Made by a program: the position numbers and the translations under genes. 24,000 nucleotides of DNA from Bacillota bacterium (GTDB lineage: Bacteria > Bacillota > Desulfotomaculia > Desulfotomaculales > Desulfocucumaceae), in contig JBMOPE010000026.1 of assembly GCA_049323755.1 (NCBI GenBank), positions 115,495 to 139,494 of the forward strand. Direction: 5' to 3'. The notes beneath the pieces are model-generated. The model did no database searches. It was not told the origin of the DNA and worked only from the letters and a program-made list of their open reading frames with translations. Of the stretch, positions 1 to 7,441 are shown in pieces (the first letter of the stretch is position 1; every line of letters starts with the position of its first letter).

Positions 1-95
1 AGAACCGCTCTGAAGGGGTAAGCCAGATAAATGTTCCTGTTAAGGCCCCTGAAACCAGGAAAATTAAAAATCCTGACACTGAGGAGGAAGTGGAA

Positions 96-557
96 ATGAA
101 TATTCAGGATATCAAGGAATTGGTACGGCTTATAAATGATTCGGATATACAGGAGCTTGCTCTTGAAAATAACGGCATGAGAGTATCCATAAGAAAGAAT
201 GCCTCTGAAAACTCTGATAATGAAAGAAATTCCAGAAGCATGAGAGTTGATAGCCCCGTGGAAGTTAAAGAAGCAAAATCAAAAGGCAACTCCATTCCTG
301 CTGAAGAGGAAGGAACTCTTATTGTCAAGGCCCCGATGGTGGGAACCTTCTATAGATCACCGGCCCCTGACGCGCCGGCCTTTGCCAGTGTGGGAGATGT
401 GGTCAACAAGGGACAAACGCTTTGCATTGTCGAGGCTATGAAGCTGATGAATGAAATAGAGGCCGAGGTATCCGGAAAGATAATAGAAATTTTTGTGGAA
501 AACGGTGCCCCGGTCGAATATGGACAGCCTTTGTTTATCATAAAAATAAGCCAGTAG
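96..557 (+). CDS. accB: Acetyl-CoA carboxylase biotin carboxyl carrier protein
   Basis: C-terminal biotinyl-lipoyl domain with the biotinylation motif [11 protein letters not shown]. It lies directly upstream of the biotin carboxylase gene. GAGGAGG at 81-87 is 8 nt from ATG 96 but only 2 nt from the ORF-track GTG at 90, so ATG 96 is preferred. Confidence 0.9.
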   Translation: MNIQDIKELVRLINDSDIQELALENNGMRVSIRKNASENSDNERNSRSMRVDSPVEVKEAKSKGNSIPAEEEGTLIVKAPMVGTFYRSPAPDAPAFASVGDVVNKGQTLCIVEAMKLMNEIEAEVSGKIIEIFVENGAPVEYGQPLFIIKISQ

Positions 558-566
558 AGGTGCCTG

Positions 567-1910
567 ATGTTTAAAAAAATACTAGTTGCCAACAGGGGTG
601 AGATTGCCCTTAGAATTATAAGAGCCTGCCGTGAAATGGGAATCTCATCAGTGGCAGTTTATTCCGAGGCTGACAGAGACGCTCTTCATGTAAAGGCAGC
701 GGATCAGGCCGTTTGCATTGGACCGCCTCCCCCGGCTGAAAGTTACCTTAAAATGCAAAATATTATCAGTGCCGCCGTTATAACCGGCGCAGATGCGATA
801 CACCCCGGCTACGGATTTTTGGCAGAAAACGCCGGATTTGCCAGGATGATTGAGGAGCAGGGAATTACCTTCATTGGTCCGTCACCAGACGCTATTGATA
901 AAATGGGTGATAAAGCGGTTGCCAGGGTAACAATGATAAATTCCGGGGTTCCCGTGGTCCCCGGTTCCGAAGGCATCATAAAGGACATTGACACCGCCCT
1001 TGAAACAGCAAAAAAGATAGGCTACCCGGTAATCGTAAAGGCTGCTGCCGGCGGCGGCGGAAAGGGAATGAGAATCGTACACGGGCCTGAAGATCTGGCA
1101 AAATCTCTCCAGACTGCCCAGACAGAGGCAAAGGCAGCTTTTGGCAGTGCTGATGTATATATAGAAAAATATCTTGAGGAGCCCAGGCACATTGAGTTTC
1201 AGATATTAGGAGATAAATACGGAAACATCGTATACCTCGGTGAAAGAGACTGCTCCATTCAGAGGCGCAATCAGAAAATTATCGAGGAAGCACCGTCAAC
1301 TGCACTTTCGGCTGAGCTGAGAAGAAAGATGGGCGAGGTCGCGGTAAGGTCAGCCAGGGCTGTTAGTTATCATACTGTAGGTACTATAGAATTTCTTCTG
1401 GATAAAAACAGGGACTTTTATTTTATTGAAATGAATACCAGAATACAGGTGGAACACCCTATAACCGAGATGATAACAGGTATTGACCTTGTTAAGGAAC
1501 AGATAAGGGTGGCGGCAGGAGAAAAAATTACATTCTCTCAGGAAGATATAATCATAAACGGGTGGGCTATAGAGTGCAGAATAAATGCCGAGGACCCGTC
1601 AAAGAATTTCGTGCCCTTCCCCGGCACTATAACAAAGTACATTCCACCCGGCGGGCCCTGGGTTCGAATTGACAGCGCAGCTTACCAGGGCTGGGCAGTA
1701 CCAAGAAATTATGATTCCCTTATTGGAAAGGTTATTACCTGGGGGAAAGACAGAAACGAAGCCATTGACAGGATGAAAAGGGCCCTGTCGGAGTTCCACA
1801 TTGAAGGTGTGGTAACTACAATACCTTTTCACCTGAAAGTACTGGACAATGCCTTTTTCAGAAGAGGTGAGGTATATACCAATTTTATACAGAGAAGAAT
1901 GCCGGAGTAA
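567..1910 (+). CDS. accC: Acetyl-CoA carboxylase biotin carboxylase subunit
   Basis: 447 aa ATP-grasp protein. N-terminus KILVANRGEIALRIIRA, glycine loop KAAAGGGGKGMR, and EMNTRIQVEHPITE. There is a 9-nt gap after accB. Confidence 0.95.
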   Translation: MFKKILVANRGEIALRIIRACREMGISSVAVYSEADRDALHVKAADQAVCIGPPPPAESYLKMQNIISAAVITGADAIHPGYGFLAENAGFARMIEEQGITFIGPSPDAIDKMGDKAVARVTMINSGVPVVPGSEGIIKDIDTALETAKKIGYPVIVKAAAGGGGKGMRIVHGPEDLAKSLQTAQTEAKAAFGSADVYIEKYLEEPRHIEFQILGDKYGNIVYLGERDCSIQRRNQKIIEEAPSTALSAELRRKMGEVAVRSARAVSYHTVGTIEFLLDKNRDFYFIEMNTRIQVEHPITEMITGIDLVKEQIRVAAGEKITFSQEDIIINGWAIECRINAEDPSKNFVPFPGTITKYIPPGGPWVRIDSAAYQGWAVPRNYDSLIGKVITWGKDRNEAIDRMKRALSEFHIEGVVTTIPFHLKVLDNAFFRRGEVYTNFIQRRMPE

Positions 1911-1960
1911 TTGTACAGCTGCAGCGCCATCTGAGAATGAATATCCGGGTCCTTAGTATG

Positions 1961-2119
1961 CCACAGAGCACGCAGAGGACACAGAGATTTTTGCCCTGCA
2001 TGAATGTAGAACCTTTTTAATATAAAGTGGAGGCGGACTAAAGCGGCTCCAAATTATAGACTCCTTGCTTCAGAGTAGTGCCTGAGATCAATTCTCTGTG
2101 ATCTCTGTGTCCTCTGTGG
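1961..2119. repeat. Copy A of an inverted-repeat (MITE/REP-like) element
   Basis: Left arm CCACAGAGCACGCAGAGGACACAGAGATTT matches the reverse complement of the right arm AATTCTCTGTGATCTCTGTGTCCTCTGTGG at 25 of 30 positions by hand alignment. Each arm is 3 tandem 9-bp units around a CACAGAG core. A second copy lies at 14322-14473. Confidence 0.8.
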
Positions 2120-2155
2120 CTAATAAAGTATCAGGTTGTTTTAATACTAGACAGC

Positions 2156-2183
2156 AGAGTCCCGCAAGGGGCTCTTTCGTTTG
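2156..2183 (+). terminator. Candidate intrinsic terminator of the accBC transcript
   Basis: 8-bp stem AGAGTCCC/GGGGCTCT (one G-U pair) with a GCAA tetraloop, followed by TTCGTTTGATTT. It lies about 245 nt after the accC stop, downstream of repeat copy A. Confidence 0.55.
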
Positions 2184-2209
2184 ATTTGGCGAAATCGTTC
2201 TGTTATAAT
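2181..2209 (+). promoter_or_regulatory. Candidate sigma-A promoter for asp23
   Basis: -35 TTGATT (2181-2186), a 17-nt spacer, then a perfect -10 TATAAT (2204-2209). It sits about 48 nt upstream of the asp23 ATG. Confidence 0.55.
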
Positions 2210-2256
2210 TAACTTGCCTTCAAGGTAAATTATAGAAGAAAACCGGAGGGATAAAT

Positions 2257-2664
2257 ATGGAAAACGACAGAAATGATGTCCTTATAAAGGAACAACAAAC
2301 CGGACTTGGATCTATCAGGATAGCTGACGAGGTTGTTAAAATAATAGCAGGGCTTGCTGCAACCGAGGTTCAGGGAGTGGTAGGAATGAGCAGCGGGGTT
2401 GTGGGCGGAATTGCAGAAATGCTTGGCCGTAAAAACATGTCCAAGGGCGTAAAGGTTGAGGTAGGCGAAAAAGAGGCGGCTGTAGACATGTTTGTTGTTG
2501 TTGAGTATGGCACGCGCATCCCTGATGTTGCCGCCAGGATTCAGGAAAATGTCAAGAAAGCCATTGAGAATATGACAGGGCTGATTGTTATTGAAGTAAA
2601 TGTTAATGTTCAGGGTGTTGCATTCAGCCACGATGTAAAAGAAGAGGAGCACAGGGTAAAATAG
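2257..2664 (+). CDS. asp23: Asp23/Gls24-family alkaline shock protein
   Basis: 135 aa. Family-typical N-terminal GSIRIADEVVKIIAGLAATEVQGVVGM and a VEVNVNVQGV repeat-like C-terminus. SD GGAGGG is 6 nt upstream. Same position as B. subtilis yqhY between accC and nusB. Confidence 0.85.
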   Translation: MENDRNDVLIKEQQTGLGSIRIADEVVKIIAGLAATEVQGVVGMSSGVVGGIAEMLGRKNMSKGVKVEVGEKEAAVDMFVVVEYGTRIPDVAARIQENVKKAIENMTGLIVIEVNVNVQGVAFSHDVKEEEHRVK

Positions 2665-2676
2665 ACGTTCTGCGTG

Positions 2677-2706
2677 TTAACACGTTGTTTATTAAATAAT
2701 TATAAT
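2677..2706 (+). promoter_or_regulatory. Candidate internal sigma-A promoter ahead of amaP
   Basis: -35 TTAACA (5/6), an 18-nt spacer, then a perfect -10 TATAAT (2701-2706). The -35 is embedded in the 12-bp perfect palindrome CGTGTTAACACG (2673-2684). Confidence 0.35.
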
Positions 2707-2739
2707 GATTAGTTCTGGACATAATCCGGAGGTGAGCAT

Positions 2740-3270
2740 ATGAATCCTCTTGACAGGGGGATAGCTATAATATATGCCCTGGCAGGAATACTGTCTGCCT
2801 CGCTATACGCTGCCGTCCTCTCAGGCTGGAAATGGCCAAGCCAACTATATCAGGTTCTAATAGAAGAGCCCGGCTTTTTAGAGACAGCATATGCATTAGC
2901 TGCAATACTGATACTGGCGGGCATAAGAATTTTATGGCTGGGCCTTCATTCCGAAAAAAAACACGCTGTGGTCCAGGAGGGGTCGCTGGGTCAGATACGC
3001 ATAGCTTTGGGTGCCATCGAGTCACTTGTTGAAAAAGTTGCCCTGGACCAGAGGGGAGTTAAGGAAGCCAAGGCTATTGTTGAATCCACTCCCCGGGGCA
3101 TTGGCATACGCATTAAATCCACCGTAGCCCCTGATGTGGCCATACCTCACCTGTCTGAAGAAATGCAAAGGATTGTTTCGGAAAGAGTTTTACAGGTTAC
3201 AGGAATTGAGGTCCGGGATATAAGAATAGTCATACAAAATATATCGGCACAAAAGTTAAGGGTTGAATAA
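2740..3270 (+). CDS. amaP: Alkaline-shock-response membrane anchor protein (AmaP-like)
   Basis: 176 aa with two N-terminal hydrophobic helices (IAIIYALAGILSASLYAAVL and AYALAAILILAGIRILWLGL), then a soluble beta-rich domain. It is adjacent to asp23, as in the staphylococcal asp23 operon. SD GGAGGTG. Confidence 0.6.
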   Translation: MNPLDRGIAIIYALAGILSASLYAAVLSGWKWPSQLYQVLIEEPGFLETAYALAAILILAGIRILWLGLHSEKKHAVVQEGSLGQIRIALGAIESLVEKVALDQRGVKEAKAIVESTPRGIGIRIKSTVAPDVAIPHLSEEMQRIVSERVLQVTGIEVRDIRIVIQNISAQKLRVE

Positions 3271-3284
3271 AGGGGTGCGGGTTT

Positions 3285-3503
3285 TTGGATACTGATCAAA
3301 TAATAGAAATAATTAATAAAAACAGGGGAAAGCTTGCAGGGATAATAATTGGGCTGATTTTCGGGTGGTTTGCAATAACCTACGGTTTTTTAAAGGCGGT
3401 ATTTGTATCACTGTGCATAGGTGCAGGTTATTATATAGGAAGACAGGTTGACCGCCGGGCCGACCTGACGGAAATATTTCTGGGACGGTTTAAGGAGAAA
3501 TAA
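3285..3503 (+). CDS. Small integral membrane protein (DUF2273-like)
   Basis: 72 aa with two hydrophobic helices (LAGIIIGLIFGWFAITYGF and VFVSLCIGAGYYIG). It is a typical third member of asp23/amaP loci. TTG start with a G-rich SD upstream. Confidence 0.6.
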   Translation: MDTDQIIEIINKNRGKLAGIIIGLIFGWFAITYGFLKAVFVSLCIGAGYYIGRQVDRRADLTEIFLGRFKEK

Positions 3504-3521
3504 GTCGGGCGGGGTGGAAAA

Positions 3522-4019
3522 ATGGGAAGAAGGCAGGCCAGAGAGGCAGCGCTGAGAACACTTTACCAGGTTGATGTGGGCGGTATTGAATCGGAAGCTG
3601 CCATTAAAAATACTACTGAAATAAACGAGACCCTTGAAGAGGAAGCCGACAGGGTAGGTCCACTGGGACAGGATGATTTGGCCTTTGCCAGGGAAATAAT
3701 TTTTGGAACCATTAAAAACAAAAACGAAATAGACAGCATTATCGCCGGTATTAGCAGGGACTGGAATGTTGAAAGACTGGCCAGAGTGGACCACAACATT
3801 ATGCGCATGGCGGTTTTCGAAATAATGCACCGGGATGATATTCCCTTCAGCGTAACGGTAAACGAGGCAGTTGACCTGGCAAAAACATACGGTTCCGACG
3901 AGTCTGGAAAATTCGTAAACGGAATCCTGGGAATGGTTACAAGAAACAGCAAAACAATGAATCATGTGTCTGAAAGCAATATAGTGCAGGATCCAACTAT
4001 GATAAAGGAAGAATTATAA
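3522..4019 (+). CDS. nusB: Transcription antitermination factor NusB
   Basis: N-terminal RRQAREAALRTLYQVDV and C-terminal VNEAVDLAKTYGSDESGKFVNGILG. At 165 aa it is about 30 aa longer than B. subtilis NusB, with an acidic loop and a C-terminal tail. Confidence 0.9.
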   Translation: MGRRQAREAALRTLYQVDVGGIESEAAIKNTTEINETLEEEADRVGPLGQDDLAFAREIIFGTIKNKNEIDSIIAGISRDWNVERLARVDHNIMRMAVFEIMHRDDIPFSVTVNEAVDLAKTYGSDESGKFVNGILGMVTRNSKTMNHVSESNIVQDPTMIKEEL

Positions 4020-4046
4020 AAAATTTCTTCCTATTTCTATTTTTAT
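4006..4046 (+). terminator. Possible intrinsic terminator overlapping the nusB stop
   Basis: Stem AGGAAGAA/TTCTTCCT (8 bp) with an A/T-rich 11-nt loop containing the TAA stop, followed by ATTTCTATTTTTA. Confidence 0.4.
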
Positions 4047-4173
4047 GTGAAATAGCACGGGATTAATAAAATTTGTTCATAAGTGTTTAATGTCCGGCAG
4101 GAATTGGACCATATAACTAGAAATTAATTTCTTAAAAAGTTTTACAGAAAAATATTGAGGGAGGGGTAAGGAT

Positions 4174-5028
4174 TTGTACAAAATATTGAGAAAAGAAGTT
4201 TTCTCGCCAATCATCAAGCTAATGGATATCGAAGCACCCAGGGTTGCCAAAAGTTGTCAGGCCGGACAGTTTATTATTCTTCGCATTAATGAAGAAGGTG
4301 AAAGGATTCCTTTGACCATTGCGGATTTCGACCGTGAAAAAGGCACTATCACCATTGTGTTCCAGGAAGTCGGCTATACAACCGAGCAACTGGGTAAAAT
4401 GGAAGAAGGCCAATATATTCTGGACTTCGTGGGTCCCCTTGGGGAGGCCTCCCATATCGAAAACTTCGGAACAGTGCTGGTTGTGGGCGGCGGTGTCGGC
4501 ATCGCCCCGGTTCATCCCATCGCCAGGGCTTTAAAAGAAGCCGGAAACAATGTTATAGGCATAATCGGGTCCAGGAACAAGGAACTGCTTTTCTGGGAAG
4601 ATATGATGCGTGAAGCCTGCACAGAGCTGCATGTTACCACGGACGACGGTTCATATGTCCGCAAGGGTTTTGTTACCGATGTTATGAAAGAGATTATTGA
4701 AGGCCGCGGCAAGGAAAACATTGGCCTCGTAATAGCTATAGGTCCCCAGCCCATGATGAGGGCCTGCAGCAACCTCACCAAGGAGTACGGGCTCAAAACA
4801 ATAGTCAGCCTTAACGCCCTTATGGTGGATGGAACCGGAATGTGCGGCTGCTGCAGGGTATCTGTTGACGGTCAGACCAAGTTTGTTTGCGTGGACGGCC
4901 CTGAATTTGACGGACACCAGGTAGACTGGTCAGAGCTTTCCAAGCGCGGCGCCTACTTCCGCGAAGAGGAGCAAAAGGCCAAGGAAAAGAATCACACATG
5001 TAAATGCGGATGCGGAGGTGGCAAATAA
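4174..5028 (+). CDS. nfnA: NfnA-type subunit (PyrK-like FAD/[2Fe-2S] ferredoxin-NADP reductase-like protein)
   Basis: 284 aa. Flavin-binding RIPLTIADFD, nucleotide-binding VVGGGVGIAP, and the C-terminal cluster motif GMCGCCRV...FVCVDGPEF. TTG start behind GAGGGAGGGG. Its stop overlaps the nfnB start. Confidence 0.8.
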   Translation: MYKILRKEVFSPIIKLMDIEAPRVAKSCQAGQFIILRINEEGERIPLTIADFDREKGTITIVFQEVGYTTEQLGKMEEGQYILDFVGPLGEASHIENFGTVLVVGGGVGIAPVHPIARALKEAGNNVIGIIGSRNKELLFWEDMMREACTELHVTTDDGSYVRKGFVTDVMKEIIEGRGKENIGLVIAIGPQPMMRACSNLTKEYGLKTIVSLNALMVDGTGMCGCCRVSVDGQTKFVCVDGPEFDGHQVDWSELSKRGAYFREEEQKAKEKNHTCKCGCGGGK

Positions 5029-6440
5029 TGACTGACACACCGAAGAAAAAAATAATTCCCACTAAAACACCAATGCCTGCACAGGACGCCAATGAAAGAG
5101 CCAAAAACTTCAGTGAGGTGGCAACGGGTTACACCAAAGAGATGGCCATAGGAGAAGCCCAGCGCTGCCTCCAGTGTAAAAAAGAGCCCTGCCGCCTGGG
5201 CTGCCCTGTAGAAGTTGACATTCCCGCTTTCCTGAAGCTTGCTGCCGAGGGAGATTTTACTGGCGCCATAGCCAAAATTAAAGAGAAAAACGCCCTGCCT
5301 GCAGTATGCGGAAGGGTTTGCCCCCAGGAAAGCCAGTGCGAAAAGTACTGCACACTGGGCAAAAAGAACGAGCCGGTTGGAATAGGCAGGGTGGAAAGAT
5401 TCTGCGCCGACATGGAACTACAAACCGGGGTAAAACTTCCTGAAGTCGCTGCCCCTACCGGATTCAAGGTGGCTGTTGTCGGTTCAGGCCCTGCAGGACT
5501 TACCTGCGCGTCGGACCTTGCCAAGCTGGGACATAAAGTTACTGTATTTGAGGCCCTGCATGTGGCTGGAGGCGTTTTAATGTACGGAATTCCCGAGTTC
5601 CGTCTTCCCAAGGCTGTGGTACAGGCAGAGGTGCAAAACCTTAAGAATCTCGGCGTTGATATAGAAGTCAACGCAGTGGTTGGCAAGTTCTCCACAGTTG
5701 ATGAACTGATGGAAGATGGAGGCTTTGACGCTGTATTTATCGGAACCGGCGCAGGACTTCCCTATTTCATGAATATACCCGGTGAAAACCTTTGCGGGGT
5801 ATACTCTGCCAACGAGTTTCTCACCAGAACAAATTTAATGAAAGCATATAAATTCCCTGAGTATGACACCCCCATAAGGATTGGCAGTAAAGTTGCCGTG
5901 CTTGGCGGCGGAAACGTTGCCATGGACGCTGCCAGGACAGCCCTCAGGCTGGGCGCCGAGGAATCGTGGATTGTCTACCGCCGTTCTGACAAGGAACTCC
6001 CGGCCAGACATGAGGAAGTTGAGCACGCCCACGAAGAGGGGGTAAAATTTGCGCTGCTGACTAACCCCACCAAGATAATTGGGGACGAAAACGGTGTTGT
6101 TAAGGCAATGGAATGCCTGCGCTATGAGCTGGGAGAGCCCGATGCGTCAGGCCGTAGAAGCCCTGTGCCCATAAAAGGCTCCGAGTTTATAATGGATGTT
6201 GACGTTGTGGTGGTGGCCATCGGTCAGGGCCCTAACCCCCTTGTTCCAAGGACCACTAAAGGACTTGAGATAAACAAGAGAGGTAACATTGTTGCCAGCG
6301 TCGAAACCGGAGCAACTTCAAAGCCCGGCGTTTATGCAGGCGGCGACGTGGTAACGGGAGCCGCAACAGTTATCATGGCCATGGGAGCCGGCAAGGTTGG
6401 AGCTCGCTCCATCCATGATTACCTGATGAGTAAGAAATAA
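5028..6440 (+). CDS. nfnB: NfnB-type subunit (glutamate synthase small-chain homologue, NADPH-dependent FAD/2x[4Fe-4S] oxidoreductase)
   Basis: Cys clusters CLQCKKEPCRLGCP and CGRVCPQESQCEKYC, plus dinucleotide folds VAVVGSGPAGLTCA and VAVLGGGNVAMD. ATG 5028 overlaps the nfnA TAA (TAATG) and follows GGAGGTGG. The ORF-track start at 5004 has no SD. Confidence 0.85.
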   Translation: MTDTPKKKIIPTKTPMPAQDANERAKNFSEVATGYTKEMAIGEAQRCLQCKKEPCRLGCPVEVDIPAFLKLAAEGDFTGAIAKIKEKNALPAVCGRVCPQESQCEKYCTLGKKNEPVGIGRVERFCADMELQTGVKLPEVAAPTGFKVAVVGSGPAGLTCASDLAKLGHKVTVFEALHVAGGVLMYGIPEFRLPKAVVQAEVQNLKNLGVDIEVNAVVGKFSTVDELMEDGGFDAVFIGTGAGLPYFMNIPGENLCGVYSANEFLTRTNLMKAYKFPEYDTPIRIGSKVAVLGGGNVAMDAARTALRLGAEESWIVYRRSDKELPARHEEVEHAHEEGVKFALLTNPTKIIGDENGVVKAMECLRYELGEPDASGRRSPVPIKGSEFIMDVDVVVVAIGQGPNPLVPRTTKGLEINKRGNIVASVETGATSKPGVYAGGDVVTGAATVIMAMGAGKVGARSIHDYLMSKK

Positions 6441-6467
6441 AGAATGTTGTAAGGAGGAGAAATTTCC

Positions 6468-7355
6468 ATGGCGGCAAAAATTATTTCTGGAGTAGAGGTT
6501 GCCAAGCAAATCAGGGAGGAATTAAAGGCCGAGGTTGACCAGCTAAAGGCCAAGCACAACAAGGTTCCGGGTCTTGTAACCATATTGATAGGTGAAAACC
6601 CGGCATCGGTAAGCTACGTAACGGCAAAATCAAAAACCGCCAAAGAGCTGGGCTACCATTCCATCCAGGACAATCAGCCTGCTGATATAACCGAAGAGCA
6701 ACTTCTGGCCCTGATTGACAAATATAATAATGATGACAGCATTAACGGCATACTGGTACAGCTGCCTCTGCCAAAGCATGTCAACGAAACAAAGGTGCTT
6801 TACGCCATAAACCCGGACAAGGATGTTGATGCCTTCCACCCTGTGAACGTCGGAAGGCTGGTTATAGGCGAAGGCTTGTTTTACCCCTGCACACCCGCCG
6901 GAATCCAGGAACTGTTGATTCGTGGCGGCGTGGAAACAAAAGGAGCACATACAGTAGTTGTGGGACGCAGCAATATAGTGGGCAAACCCATTGCCAATAT
7001 GATGCTGCAAAAGGCCAAGGGAGCAAACTCCACAGTAACTGTTGTCCATACCGGCACAAAAGATGTCGGTCACTTCACCAGGATGGCTGACATTCTCATC
7101 GTGGCTGCAGGCGTGCCAAATTATGTTACCGCAGACATGGTCAAGGAAGGCGCCGCAGTAATCGACGTGGGCGTAAACAGGATTGGCATGACTCCGGAAG
7201 GAAAGGCCAAGCTTGCCGGAGACGTTGAATTTGAAACCGTAAAGGAAAAGGCAAGCTTAATCACCCCGGTCCCCGGCGGTGTAGGTCCCATGACCATTAC
7301 CATGCTGATGAAAAATACCCTCGCTGCCTTCAAAAACAGCCTTGGAGAAAAATAA
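6468..7355 (+). CDS. folD: Bifunctional 5,10-methylene-THF dehydrogenase / methenyl-THF cyclohydrolase
   Basis: 295 aa with GILVQLPLP, VVGRSNIVGKP and TPVPGGVGPMTITML. SD AAGGAGGAG. Confidence 0.95.
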   Translation: MAAKIISGVEVAKQIREELKAEVDQLKAKHNKVPGLVTILIGENPASVSYVTAKSKTAKELGYHSIQDNQPADITEEQLLALIDKYNNDDSINGILVQLPLPKHVNETKVLYAINPDKDVDAFHPVNVGRLVIGEGLFYPCTPAGIQELLIRGGVETKGAHTVVVGRSNIVGKPIANMMLQKAKGANSTVTVVHTGTKDVGHFTRMADILIVAAGVPNYVTADMVKEGAAVIDVGVNRIGMTPEGKAKLAGDVEFETVKEKASLITPVPGGVGPMTITMLMKNTLAAFKNSLGEK

Positions 7356-7366
7356 TAATGCTTGTA

Positions 7367-7405
7367 AAATCCCCCGGTTTATAAGGCCGGGGGATTTTTC
7401 TTTTA
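7367..7405 (+). terminator. Intrinsic terminator after folD
   Basis: Perfect 12-bp stem AAAATCCCCCGG/CCGGGGGATTTT followed by a TTTTCTTTT run. Confidence 0.9.
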
Positions 7406-7412
7406 ATTGACA

Positions 7413-7441
7413 TTGACATCATAACAATGTAAAAATATGAT
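7413..7441 (+). promoter_or_regulatory. Candidate sigma-A promoter for xseA
   Basis: A tandem TTGACATTGACA. The second TTGACA (7413-7418) is 17 nt from the -10 TATGAT (7436-7441). This places the ORF-track xseA start (7437) inside the promoter. Confidence 0.5.

Noticed and set aside
1-89. Possible 3' end of an upstream gene (frame 1 stop TAA at 19-21)
   Set aside because: Only six codons are visible, which is too little to support any call. By synteny it could be the end of spoIIIAH, but that cannot be shown from this window.
1661-1669. GGTTCGAAT, a tRNA T-loop-like motif
   Set aside because: It lies inside the accC coding frame (PWVRID), and no acceptor, D or anticodon arms can be built around it.
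1961-1990. The tandem 9-bp CACAGAG units as a possible CRISPR or minisatellite
   Set aside because: There are only three units per arm and no spacers. The units form the inverted termini of a ~155-bp element. No cas genes are present. This is not a CRISPR array.
2230-2652. 140-aa ORF on the minus strand opposite asp23
   Set aside because: It is entirely antisense to a well-supported Asp23-family gene. The product is low-complexity and Asn/Phe/Tyr-rich with no recognisable motif and no SD. It is a typical shadow ORF.
3408-3965. 185-aa and 129-aa minus-strand ORFs opposite nusB
   Set aside because: They are antisense to a confidently identified nusB. They have no motifs and no SD, so they are shadow ORFs.
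3522-4019. NusB is about 30 aa longer than the B. subtilis protein (acidic loop plus C-terminal tail)
   Set aside because: The length variation falls in loop and tail regions, and all core motifs are intact. This is probably ordinary lineage variation, and I cannot judge it further without alignments.
4046-4060. TGTGAAATAGCACGG as a possible Rex operator upstream of nfnA
   Set aside because: Only the left half (TGTGAA) matches the Rex consensus TTGTGAA-n4-6-TTCACAA. The right half does not match.
5129-5695. 188-aa minus-strand ORF opposite nfnB
   Set aside because: It is Ala/Ser/Thr/Pro-rich, the typical translation of the antisense strand of a GC-richer gene. The plus-strand gene has unmistakable Fe-S and dinucleotide-binding motifs.
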